Assembly: GCA_963727445.1 (NCBI GenBank)
Contig: CAVSGI010000006.1
Span: 576,001 to 640,000, forward strand
Direction: 5' to 3'
DNA length: 64,000 nucleotides
From: an uncultured delta proteobacterium
Lineage (GTDB): Bacteria; Myxococcota_A; Polyangia; Polyangiales; B10-G4
A program made the translations under genes and the position numbers. This document shows positions 47,778 to 58,600 of this stretch, piece after piece. How positions within the stretch are numbered: position 1 is the first letter of the stretch; each line of letters starts with the position of its first letter. The notes beneath the pieces were generated by a model. The model saw only the letters and a program-made list of their open reading frames with translations, was not told the DNA's origin and ran no database searches.

Positions 47778-49433
47778 ATGCTGGGAAACATGGGACTGCG
47801 CCTCCTGTTTTCGATCGCGGCTGCGGGCCTGCTCGGCGGGTGCGTGGGGCAGATCAGCGATGTCGGGGGGGCGCCGGGCGACGCGCCGGACATCGACCCC
47901 TTCGACCCGCCCGAGGGGTATTGCGACGGCGCCGGACCCGACCTCGCCGACGTCCCGATCCGGCGTCTGAGCCGCGTCGAGTACATGAACACGGTTCGGG
48001 ACGTGCTCTTCGGCGCCAGCTTCGAGATGCCCGAGATCCCCGGCGACATCACCGAGCAGGGCTTCGAGAACGTCTCGCGGCACCTGAGCCCCTCGACGCT
48101 CCTGGTCGAGCGCCACGAGGCCACGGTGACCGCGGCCGCAGAAGCGGCGATGAACGACGCCGCCGTCCGTGATCAGATCCTGCCCTGCGCGGGATGGGAT
48201 ACGCCCGCCGCCCAGAGCGACTGCGCCGAGATCTTCCTCGCGACCTTCGGGCAGCGCGCCTTCCGTCGTCCTCTGGACGCGGACGAGACGGCGTTCATGC
48301 TCGATTTCATCGAGCAGCAGGCGGCGGCCATCGACTTCGAAGCCGCGATCGAGCTCGCGATAGGCGCGCTCCTGATGTCGCCCGAGTTCACCTATCGGGT
48401 CGAGGTCGGCGAGGGCACAGAGGTGACGCCCTTCGAGATGGCGAGCCGGCTCTCGTACTTCCTGTGGCAGACGATGCCCGACGACGAGCTCTTCGCCGCC
48501 GCCGAGCGAGGCGAGCTGACGACGCGCACCGAGATCGAGGCGCAGGCCTTGCGAATGCTCGAAGACCCGCGCGCCGCCGAGGCCTTCACGGACTTCCACC
48601 GGCAGTGGCTCGACTTCGATCGCGTTCTCGACGAGGCGAAGGACGGGGTGCTCTTTTCGAGCTGGAGCCCCGCGCTCCGCGACGCCGTGCGCGAAGAGAG
48701 CGATCGATTCGTCGAGAGCATCTTCGAAGGTGACGCGACCCTGGGCTCGCTCCTGACCAGCCAACGGACGTGGGTGAACGGGCCGCTGGCCGCGCACTAC
48801 GGGCTGCCGCCGGTCTCGGATTGGACCCAGGTCGAGCTGCCGGCCGGCGAACGATTGGGGATCCTCACCCGCGCCGACTTCCTCGCCGGTCACTCTCACT
48901 CGACGAACGCCTCGCCGGTGCTCCGCGGCGTGATGGTCCTCGATCGCGTGCTGTGCATGGCGCCGGGCGCGCCTCCGCCGGGCGCCGCTGCTTCGGCGCC
49001 GGAGGTCCCGCCGGACGCCGTGATGACCAACCGCGAGGTCTTCGCGCTCCGCACCTCGCCCGACGCCTGCCAATCCTGTCACCAGCAGATCAACGGCATC
49101 GGCTTCGGGTTCGAGAGCTACGACGCGATCGGCCAGTTCCGGACTCGAGACAACACGCTGCCCGTCGATGCGAGCGGGGAGCTGATTGGCACCGACGTCG
49201 ACGGACACTTCGCGGACGCGGTCGAGCTCTCGGAGATGCTCGCGGGGAGCGAGACCGTGCGCGACTGCACTGCGACCATGTGGGTCCGCTACGCGACGGG
49301 ACACACGGTGGCGCCGGCCGACGCGTGCCTCCTCGAAGAGGCGCGCACTTCCCTCGAGCAGAGCGGCGGTGACGTTCGACAGATGCTCGTGGACATCGTC
49401 ACGAGCCCGCACTTCACGCGAGGGGTCCGATGA
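47778..49433 (+). CDS. DUF1592/DUF1588 multi-domain (PSD-type) lipoprotein
   Basis: RRLSRVEY.NTVRD, RAFRRPL, SPEFTYR, ASRLSYFLW..PDDEL, SPVLRG, CQSCH..GFGFESYD.IG. Confidence 0.9.
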   Translation: MLGNMGLRLLFSIAAAGLLGGCVGQISDVGGAPGDAPDIDPFDPPEGYCDGAGPDLADVPIRRLSRVEYMNTVRDVLFGASFEMPEIPGDITEQGFENVSRHLSPSTLLVERHEATVTAAAEAAMNDAAVRDQILPCAGWDTPAAQSDCAEIFLATFGQRAFRRPLDADETAFMLDFIEQQAAAIDFEAAIELAIGALLMSPEFTYRVEVGEGTEVTPFEMASRLSYFLWQTMPDDELFAAAERGELTTRTEIEAQALRMLEDPRAAEAFTDFHRQWLDFDRVLDEAKDGVLFSSWSPALRDAVREESDRFVESIFEGDATLGSLLTSQRTWVNGPLAAHYGLPPVSDWTQVELPAGERLGILTRADFLAGHSHSTNASPVLRGVMVLDRVLCMAPGAPPPGAAASAPEVPPDAVMTNREVFALRTSPDACQSCHQQINGIGFGFESYDAIGQFRTRDNTLPVDASGELIGTDVDGHFADAVELSEMLAGSETVRDCTATMWVRYATGHTVAPADACLLEEARTSLEQSGGDVRQMLVDIVTSPHFTRGVR

Positions 49434-50857
49434 GCGCGACGCGACGACGATTCCTTCAAGCGCTCGGGCTCGGTGGCGCGAGCCTCCTGCTTCCCTCCCT
49501 GGGACGGCGCGGCGCGAGCCCCGCCCGCGCGGAAGGCGAGTACCCCACGCGCCTCTTGATCTTCACGACCCAGCACGGCGCACCGCGCCAGCACTGGCAG
49601 ATGGACCTGCCGGGGCTGCCCGCCGCCGCCGATGGATACGTCGACCTCGCGCCTCTCGCCGCCACGGACTTCAGCCACGTCCTCGCGCCGCTCTACGACG
49701 TGCGCGACCGGGTCACGATCGTCCAGGGACTGTCGATGATGTCGTCGATGCTCGACGATCCGGGCAACAACCACGGCGTCTCGTGGGCGCACCTTCTGAC
49801 CAACGCCTACGCCAACTACGACGAGCCTTTTCAGACCAGCGGCGGGATCCACCCCGTCGCGCGCGGCCGCTCCATCGATCAGTACATCGCCGCGCAGGTC
49901 TCGACCGCGGGGATGATCCCGACCCTCGAGTGGGGTGGGGGAGGGCGTTTCGCCAGCGGGCCTGTCGGCTACGCGACGGGGCCGGACGGATCGTGGCTCC
50001 CCTACGAGACCGACCCCGCCCGGGCCTTCGCGCGGCTCTTCCCGATGGGCCCACCCGACCCGGCGATGGCCGCGCCCAGCCGCCGCGACCTGATCCGCGC
50101 GGCGCGCCCGAGCGTGCTCGACGCCGCCGCGGAGCTCTACGACACGACGATCCCCCGCCTCGCCGCCGAGGATCGCACGAAGCTCGAACAGCACCGCGAC
50201 CTGATCCGCGACCTCGAGGCCCGCCTCAGCGGAACCGCGACGGGTGGGGCCGCCTGCGATCCGAGCTACGACGATACGGCGAGCCGCTACGACCAGTTCT
50301 TTCAGCTCCTCTCGGTCGCTTTCTCCTGCGACCTCACGCGCGTCGCGACCATCGACGTACCCCAGCTCTCGACCAGCGACTTCGGCGCGCCTCCGGGTGA
50401 CGTCCACGAGGTGTACGCCCACGGAACCAGCCCCGAGGCGTACATGGCCATGGCGGATTACTACCGCTACCATGCGAACCAGTTCCGTTCGCTCGTCGAG
50501 CACCTCGACGCCATCCCCGAGGGCAGCGGGACGCTGCTCGACAACACGGTGGTGCTCTGGTTCACCGAGCTCGCGACCGGGGGCCACGACATGGCGGACA
50601 CGCTCGCGGTCGTCGCGGGCGGCGGGGGCGGCGCGCTCAGCCCTGGCAGGTACGTGCGCTTCGCGCAGAATCGCCCGAACCCCTGCTCGACCTACGGCTG
50701 TCTCGGCGGCGGCAACATCGGTCCCGGCCACAGCCACCTCTTCGTGAACGCGATGCAGGCGATGGGCCTCAGCGACGACTCCTACGGCATCGCGAGCGCC
50801 TCCGCCCTCGACGGCTCCGCCATCGATCTCTCCGGCCCGCTGCCCTTCGTGAGCTGA
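49430..50857 (+). CDS. DUF1552-family Tat-exported protein
   Basis: TRRRFLQALG Tat signal; SIDQYIA, DP..AFARLF, AFSCDLTRVAT, GTLLDNTVV; ATGA overlap with the DUF1592 gene. Confidence 0.9.
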   Translation: MSATRRRFLQALGLGGASLLLPSLGRRGASPARAEGEYPTRLLIFTTQHGAPRQHWQMDLPGLPAAADGYVDLAPLAATDFSHVLAPLYDVRDRVTIVQGLSMMSSMLDDPGNNHGVSWAHLLTNAYANYDEPFQTSGGIHPVARGRSIDQYIAAQVSTAGMIPTLEWGGGGRFASGPVGYATGPDGSWLPYETDPARAFARLFPMGPPDPAMAAPSRRDLIRAARPSVLDAAAELYDTTIPRLAAEDRTKLEQHRDLIRDLEARLSGTATGGAACDPSYDDTASRYDQFFQLLSVAFSCDLTRVATIDVPQLSTSDFGAPPGDVHEVYAHGTSPEAYMAMADYYRYHANQFRSLVEHLDAIPEGSGTLLDNTVVLWFTELATGGHDMADTLAVVAGGGGGALSPGRYVRFAQNRPNPCSTYGCLGGGNIGPGHSHLFVNAMQAMGLSDDSYGIASASALDGSAIDLSGPLPFVS

Positions 50858-50861
50858 AGCC

Positions 50862-52292
50862 GTGGAATCGAAAGATCACCGCCTCGCACCGCCGCTCTGG
50901 CTGCTCCTCGCGCTGCCCATGCTCTCGGGGCTCGGATGTGAAGGGATCATGAGCGGCACCACCACCGGGGACGCGTCGGCGATGGAGGACGGAAGCGTCG
51001 CGGGAGACGGCGCGGTCGCTTCGCCTCCCGATGGCTCCGCCACGTCCGACGCGGGCCCAGACGCCGACGCGGCGACCGTCGACGCCGGCCCGACCTGCGA
51101 CCCACCGCCCGGGCCGCCGGCGATCACCGGCGCGACCCACGACGTCCGCCCTGGGGACGACCTCGGCGAGGCGATGGCTGCTGCGGCGAGTGGCGACGAG
51201 ATCGTCGTTCACGCCGGCAGCTATGGCGACGTCGACGTTCGAGACCTCGCATTCGATGGCCTTCTGGTCATCCGGGCCGCCGACGCAGAGAGCGCGGACT
51301 TCGGTTCGCTCTGGTTCGAGCGGGTCCACGGCGTCTACGTCGAGGGGCTCTCGTTTTCGAGCACGGTGACTGTGCAGAGCGGAGAGCGCGTGGTCTTCGA
51401 TGGCGTCTCCATCGACGTGGGCGACATCGGCGGGGCCGCCTTCCACGTGCGCGGGCGGGGCGGAGAGCTCGGGAGCAAGGAGATCACCCTTCGCCGATCC
51501 GTCGTCTCCGGCGGCGCGCGCACCCTCTTCCTCCAATCCCTGTTCACCCCCGCTGACGAGTGGAATCAGGACATCGTCGTCGAGGACAACGACGTGACCT
51601 GCGATGCCTACGGATGCGTTCAGATCTCCGGCTCCCAGCACGTGCGGATCGAAGGCAACGTCTTCCGCGATTCCCAGGGCGACGGCGTGCTCCTCGCGGG
51701 CGCCATCGACGTCGAGGTGCTCCGGAACCGCTTCGTCGGCATCGCGGGCGCGTCGGGGGGCGCCATCCGCGTGGCGAGCCCCGGGCGCGAATGGGACGAC
51801 TTCGACGGCGTGCGCTACATGGTCTCCGAGGACGTCCGCATCGCGAACAACCTCGTCACCGACTACGGAAACGGGATCGAGCTCCTCGCCTGCCGCCGCG
51901 TCGACATCGTCTTCAATACCGTCATCGGCGGCCGCGGCCTGTACACCTGGCGCCGCACGCCTCACGACCGCTCGGGTGCGGAGATCCTCGTCGGCAACGA
52001 CGACTACCGCCTCTGGAACAACGTCCTTCCCGAGATCGCCATCGACGATGGCGACCCACGCCCGACGCTCGAGTCGCACAACGCGGTGCTGCGCGGCGGA
52101 GCGGGGGAGGGCCTCGTCACCGACGATCCAGGCGTCGATTCGGAGGGTGCGCTCGCGGCTGGCAGCCCGTTGCGGGACGCAGCGCTCGCGCACGCCGACA
52201 ATCCCGCCGACGATCTCGACGGCGATCTTCGCGTGGGGACGCCCGACATCGGCGCCATCGAAGATGGCGCGGTGGCCCCCTGTGCGCCGTAG
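50862..52292 (+). CDS. Right-handed beta-helix lipoprotein
   Basis: Lipobox GLGC; SGDEIVVHAGSY; IEGNVF/IANNLV repeats; GSPLRDAA..DLDG..R...PDIGAIE tail. Confidence 0.8.
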   Translation: MESKDHRLAPPLWLLLALPMLSGLGCEGIMSGTTTGDASAMEDGSVAGDGAVASPPDGSATSDAGPDADAATVDAGPTCDPPPGPPAITGATHDVRPGDDLGEAMAAAASGDEIVVHAGSYGDVDVRDLAFDGLLVIRAADAESADFGSLWFERVHGVYVEGLSFSSTVTVQSGERVVFDGVSIDVGDIGGAAFHVRGRGGELGSKEITLRRSVVSGGARTLFLQSLFTPADEWNQDIVVEDNDVTCDAYGCVQISGSQHVRIEGNVFRDSQGDGVLLAGAIDVEVLRNRFVGIAGASGGAIRVASPGREWDDFDGVRYMVSEDVRIANNLVTDYGNGIELLACRRVDIVFNTVIGGRGLYTWRRTPHDRSGAEILVGNDDYRLWNNVLPEIAIDDGDPRPTLESHNAVLRGGAGEGLVTDDPGVDSEGALAAGSPLRDAALAHADNPADDLDGDLRVGTPDIGAIEDGAVAPCAP

Positions 52293-52333
52293 AGCGGGCC
52301 TGGGCCGCGGGGTCAATCGGGTAACATGCACCG

Positions 52334-55300
52334 GTGGCGACTTCTGAAAGCAAGCGGCTCTTCATCGGGCTGCTCCTGTTCGCGTGTGCCTGCAACCCCG
52401 GCGACGGGCCTCGTGATGCGGCGAGCGATACGAGCCCCCCCTCGGACGCCACCGTCGATGCAGGCGCCGACACGAGCGTGACGACGGATGGTGGCATGCC
52501 CCCCTATCGGCGCTGCGATCTCGAGGTGGAGCCGGTGGTCCTGAGCGCCGGACGCATGCTCCAAACCGTGGCCAGCCCGACTGTCTCCGGTGATCAGATC
52601 TACTTCTGGGGCAGCGACGAGATGGTCCTCGACGACGACCTCTGGGTACAGGTCGGCGATGCGCCCGCGGTGCGGGTGATGCGCGAGAACACCGAGGTGC
52701 CGGTCGAGGGGTTCGGCGATCAGCGCATCGACCAGATCGCGACCGGCTTCGACCAAGGACCATCGGTCGCACCGGTCGGTCCGTTCTGCGAGCTGCCGCA
52801 GCGGGTCGTGCTCAGCACCCAGCTCTTCGACTTCTCCGTCGACTTGCGCGTGATCCCCCAGAACCTGCTGCGGCTGGAGCACGACGGGGGTGCGAACGCG
52901 CGCCTGGTCCGGCTGGTCGGGGAAGAGACTCCCGCGCCCGACTCCGGCGGCGAGGCGTTCGAGTATTTCGGTCGTCCGACGATGACGGCCTGCGGCGACG
53001 TCGGCTTCGTGGGCACGCTCACCGGTGGTCATCGGCGCGCCTATTTCCGCCGCGGCGCGGACGGGAGCCTGACGCGCGTCGTCGGGGAGGGCGACACGCT
53101 GCCAGGTATGTCCGAGCCCGTGGCCGCGATGGGGTGGGCGGGCATGGCGGACGGGGCGACCGCCGTTCAGGCGGTGGGGGCTTCGGGCAACGAGAGCGTG
53201 TGGTGGATCCCCACGGGCGGGACGCCGACCTGCCTGGCGACCGGCGACACACCGACCGAGTGCACGCTCACCGGTGCGACCCGCATCTCGTCTCTGACCA
53301 TCGGCGAGGGCGCGGTGGCTTTCGAGGGTGACGGGAGCGACGGGCGCCATCACGTCTGGGCCGTCGCGAACGTGGGCGGCGGCGGACCCGTCTTCGACGC
53401 GAGCCCCGGCACTGAGACGGCCGAGGGGGCGGTCCTCAACCTCGTCCAGGCGCCCGTGATGGATCCGGTCACGGGCGATGTCTACTTCGTCGGCCGCGTC
53501 GACGGGACCCTCGTCCGGGACGTGTACCGCTATCGCACGGAAGGAGACGTACTCGAGCGGCTCACAGATTTCGCGGCGGCCTATGCGGGCGAGACCGTCG
53601 ACCCCGATTACGGCGCGACGGGCGTGAGCGTCTCCCCCGCGGGCGGCTGGATGGTCGTCCAGTCGTCGGGGCTGGACCTGAGCAAGACCCTGTGGGTGGT
53701 TTCCCCGGACGGTCGGATGGCGCGCGGACCCAGCGAGGGAGAGCGCCTGCCCTATCCGATGGGCAGCGGCGCGGCCGACGGTGAGATCAGGCGGCTCGGC
53801 ATCGCGACCGGGGGCAACGCCCTCGACGGAACCGCGGTGGCGCTCAGCGGCCCGGAGCGCGTCGTCTTCAGCGTCGGCTTCGCGGACTTCCAGCAGGGGA
53901 TCTACCGCGCGCGCTGGCCGGCGAACGATTGCGTTCCTCAGACGGACGTGAACACCACGGGCGACGCGAGCGACGCGAGCCCCGGCGACGGAAGCTGCGA
54001 CACCGGATCGACGGCGCCCAACGGCGATCCGGAGTGCACGCTCCGCGCCGCCATCGAGGAGTCGGAGGCGGCGCCGGGGCCCGATCGAGATCAGGTTCGC
54101 CATCGACGGGGTGGGCCCTCACGTGATCCAGCCGGCGAGCGCACTCCCGGACATCACCCAGCCGCTCTCCATCGTGGCCACCGGCCAACAGATTGTCCTC
54201 GACGGCGCCAGCGCGGGCGACGGCGTGGTGGGGCTCTCCTTCGTGGCCGACGGCGCGCGCGTGGAGGGGCTCACGGTGCAGGGCTTCGGTGGCCACGGCA
54301 TCTTCAGCGCGGCCGCCGACACCGTGCTGTCGTCGGTCACCTCGAAGGACAACTGCGGTTGGGGCGTCTGGGCCGAGGGCAACCTCCGGATCGACGACGC
54401 CTCCGGGATGCCGAGCGAGGTCTCGAACAATGGGGCCACCGATGCGTGCGAAGCGGGCGGCGTCTACGTCGGCCGTGCTCCGGCGGGATCACCCGGGTCG
54501 ACGAAGGTCCGTCTGAAGGGCGTCACCCTGACGGCAAACGACGGGCCGGGGCTCTTCAGCCTCGGGGATGTTGTCATCGAGGGGAGCCGGATTTCCGACA
54601 ACGCCGGAGAGGGGATCGCGGCGTACCCGCAAGCCGGAAGCGGCGTCTCCAGCAGCGCCGACTACGTGCGCTTCGACCCGGGGGAGACCGAGGTGAGCGG
54701 CAACGGGAGCCACGGCATCTACGTGGACACCGGGAAGGTCGAGGCCGTGTACGGCGCACGCCTGATGATCCGCGACAACGCGGGCTGGGGGATCTGGGCC
54801 GCCATCGGCGAGGTGGTTCTCGGCGAGGAGTTCCTCGGCAGCATGACCCCGGACCCACACGAGCTGATGCGCAACGGAGGCGGCGGGACCTGCCAGTCGT
54901 GGTCACCCGGGGACGCAGGGCCACAACGCGCCGCTGAGCCCTGTCGCGGCGGCGCGATCTTGGCCGTCTCGAACAGCGCGAGCCGGCACGTCTTCGTGGA
55001 GAACGCGCTCCTCGCCGACAACGCGGGGCCGGGCGTGCTCACGACGATGCGGATCCGTCTCGGAGGAGCGGTGATCGTTCGTGACAACCGCGGCCAGGGC
55101 TTGGTGTCGGTCGGCCTCACCGGGTTCGCCCTGCCTTCGATCGGCGTCGACGTTCGGGAGCCGGGCCTGTCGGTCACCGGGAACAGCGGGGACGGGATCG
55201 AGAGCAGCTCCGGTAGCGTGCAGGTCGCGGCGCTGATCGGTTTCGACGTGAGTGACAACGACGGATATGGGGTCCGCGCCGAGGCCGACGTGACGATGGA

Positions 55301-55610
55301 GGCCAGCAGCGGGACCACGCCGACGCGCGTGATCTCGGGCAACGGGGGCGGAGTCACGTGCGAGCGGTGGAGCATCGACGAGACGGATGAGACGAGCACC
55401 GTCACGAGCGTCGCCTGTGACGGCGGCGGCTTGACGAGTGAGGTGAACGTCGACGCCCACGATCTGGTCTCGCGCGACAACATCGGGCCGGGCGTCTACG
55501 CCGCGGGCGATTCCGCGCTCACCGATTGTACGGTGTGCAACAACACCGGCACGGACATCGACGCCGGTGGGGGCAGCACCCTCACGCGCGTCTCCACCAC
55601 CTGCCCGTGA
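52334..55610 (+). CDS. Large lipoprotein with CSLREA-like motif and beta-helix, split by one extra base at ~54086
   Basis: VNTTGD..D..PGDG.C..CTLRAAIEE then (shifted frame) EIRFAI..GPHVIQP.SALPDIT; repeated N.G.GI beta-helix turns in 54111-55610. Confidence 0.75.
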
Positions 55611-55657
55611 GCGAAATCTCTACGCGCAGATCCCGCGACTCGGTCGCCGAGTGGCGG

Positions 55658-58600
55658 CTACTCGCCCCGGAACACCTCCGGCAGCTGTTCGACCTCGAGC
55701 CCGGTGTTGCCGAGGAGCCGCTCGGTGAACTCGTTCGGGTCGAGGCCCTGGGCGTCGATGAACTTCTCGGCGCAGGTGGGGTGCATGTAGCCCGGGCCCT
55801 TGCCCTTGAAGCGAGGCGTGTCGATCTCGCGCTCGATGATGATGCGCACCGTGCCCTTCTCGATCTTCTGATCGCAGTGCATGCACTTGGCGCGCGCGGT
55901 GGGGGCGTGGTCGGCGCTGGGGAAGTCGTTCGACATGTCGAGGAGGGCGCGCTGGGTCGTGCCTCCGGCGGTCTTTGCCGGACCTCGCACGGCCGCGGGC
56001 GTGGCGTCCTTCGGCGCTGCGCTCTCGAAGAGGCACATCACGGCGTACTGCGCTTCGCTGAAGGCGACCGGGTCGACGTCCTCGGGTTGGATGCTGCCGA
56101 CATGGAGCTGTCCGAAGGAGATCCCGCTCACCTGGATGTCTTCGCCCCAGCCCACGTCGCTGACGATGTAGCCGCTGTGGTTGAGCTCGACGTTCACCCG
56201 GCGCGCCGGCATGCGCATCCAGTCGTGGTAGACCCAGCCCGCGTCCTCGGCTTGGCCCCGGTTCCAACCAGCGTCTCTGAGGCGCGCGACGAACGTGGCG
56301 GGCTCGATCTTGTCCTTCGGGATCTCGAAGGGGGCGTCTGCGCGGAAGACCGGCCGACCGATTTGAGGGAAGGGCTGGATCACCTCCGACTCGGAGAGAT
56401 GCTCGCCCCAGGCGGCGAGCTCGGCCTCCGACAGATCGAGGGGATGCGCGACACGGAGCACGTCGTCGTCCGCGAGATTCACGTCGTCGCTGGCGGCGTC
56501 GATGGGCGTGTACTCCTCGCTCAAGCGCAGGCTGCGGCCGTCCTGGGTCACGAAGACGATGCTACTCGCCACGGTGCCCATGATCGGATGATCGACGAAG
56601 ACCTCGCGGAAGCGGCGCGCCTCCCAAGTCCGCCCGCTCTGCATCGCCCGCTCGAGCCGGCGCACCACCCGTCGGACCTCGCGTGGCGCGCTGTCCGATA
56701 GCTGGCTGAAGAGGCGCTTGGCCGCGGTCACCGCCTTTTCGTCGTCGCCCGCCTTCTTCGCCGGCATGGACTTGGTCGTCTTCCCGGCGTCGTCGACGAC
56801 CTGGAGCGTGGCGTCGAGGAGGAGGCGAATGGTGACCTCGCGGTCGCCGTAGCTCACCTTCTGTTCGCCGCGGCGATCGAAGCCGAGGGTCGGAACCGCG
56901 CGCTCCGCCTGCTCTTCGGCGACGAAGGGATTGAGCGTCGCGCGGATGTCCTGGGCGGAGACGCCGGCTGCCTCTGCGAGGGCGCCGAGCTGCCCGACCG
57001 CCTTGCGCATGAGGCCACCGGTGAGCGCATGATCGGCCCAGTAGCCGATCCAATCGCGCGCGGTCTGGGTGTCGAGACGCGCGAAGACCTCGAGCATCCA
57101 ACCAGCGAAGGCGTGCTTGCCGGCGCTCGAGAGGTTGTCGAGGCGGGGCGCGATGCCGTGCACCCATGCGTCGTCGGCGAAGAGGGCCATCTGATAGAGC
57201 GCCCACTTGTCGGCGGCCTTTCCGCCCTTCTTCTGCCACGCGTCGTAGATCGCCGTGCCGAAGGCGAGCGCGCTCGCGCTGTCCAGGTGTGGGCGAAGGC
57301 CCCAGGCGACGGGATCCTGTCGCTCGTGCTCCTTCTTGAGGCGTCCGATCAGCCCAGCGACGGCGGTCGCGTCGAGGGGCTCGCCGGTGCAGAGCAAGAG
57401 CTGCGGCAAGTCGTCGAGGTCGATCCACTTGGGCAGGCGCGGCTTCTTCTTGCCCGCGAGCTCGGCTGCCCAGTCCGCGGCGCTTCGCTCGCCAGTGTCC
57501 GCGCTCAGGGTGTCCGCAGTGCTCTCAGGGGTGGGGTCGCCGCCCGCCGCGCGGATCGCGAGGTCGAGGGCCATCTGCACGTCCTCGCTCGTCTCCCCTT
57601 CGTACGCTTCGTGAAGCGCGGGCAGGGCCTTGTCGGCGCCGATCTTCGCGAGGACCTGTGCCGCCGCGAGACGCGCGGGCTTCTTCTTCGACGCGAGAAG
57701 TGGGACCACCTGATCCACCACGCCCTCGCCCTGGGTCGCGAGCGCCTCGATGCAAGGCTCCTGAATCGCCTTCGCGCTTTCAGACAGGCCATCGACGAGG
57801 ACCTTCGTCGTCCGATGGGGCGCCTTGGCGGCGATCGCGTAGAAGAGGGGCGCGAGCGGGGTCTTTCGCGTCTCGAGCACCATCGCCGCTGCGGGCGCCG
57901 CCCAGCCCTCGAAGCGCTTCGGCGTGTCCCGCAAGAGGGTCCGCGTCATGTACTTCTTCATCTTCGGGAGCTGGCCGACGATGTCGAGGTAAACGAACGC
58001 CGCTTCGATGCGGCGCTTCTGGGACGCTTCGTCACCCGCCGTGTAGAGGCTCTTCGACGCGTACTGAAAGCCGATCAGGGGATCCACCATCGAGTCGAGG
58101 ACCATGCCCGCCTCGTAGGAGGAGGTCTTGAAGCGCTCGAGGTACCACTCGCGAACGGCGAGGAGCGCCTCGGGCCCGTGCGCCTCCGCTTGCCCTTCGG
58201 CGTACGTCTTGAGCTCGTGGCTTTGGCCCGGGATGCCCTCGACGATCGCCTTCTTCACGGCGTCGTCCATCGCGTCGAAGCGCGCCTGGACAGCGCCGAG
58301 CGGTGAGTCCTCCGCGGCCGAGGACGCTGCGAGAAGCTCGAGCATCTCGGCGCACGCGGTGCGGACCGCCTTCTTCCTGGCCTTGGCGCCTGCTTCGAGG
58401 GCGGCGCGCGCCGGCTCGCCGATCTTGCCGAGCGCGGCCTGCGCCGCCTCACGGACGACCTTGGACGAATGACCGAGCACCGTGACCAGGAGCTCAGCGG
58501 CTTCCTTCGTGGGGATGTGCCCGAGGGCGCGCGCCGCGTGGGCCGCGAGATGGATCGGCGGCTTCTTCACGTCGAGCGCCCGTGTGAGCGCCGGCAGAGC

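Noticed and set aside
54087..54937. C-terminal tail of the 867-aa ORF 52334..54937
   Set aside because: Arg-rich out-of-frame read-through; the real protein continues in the 54111..55610 frame.
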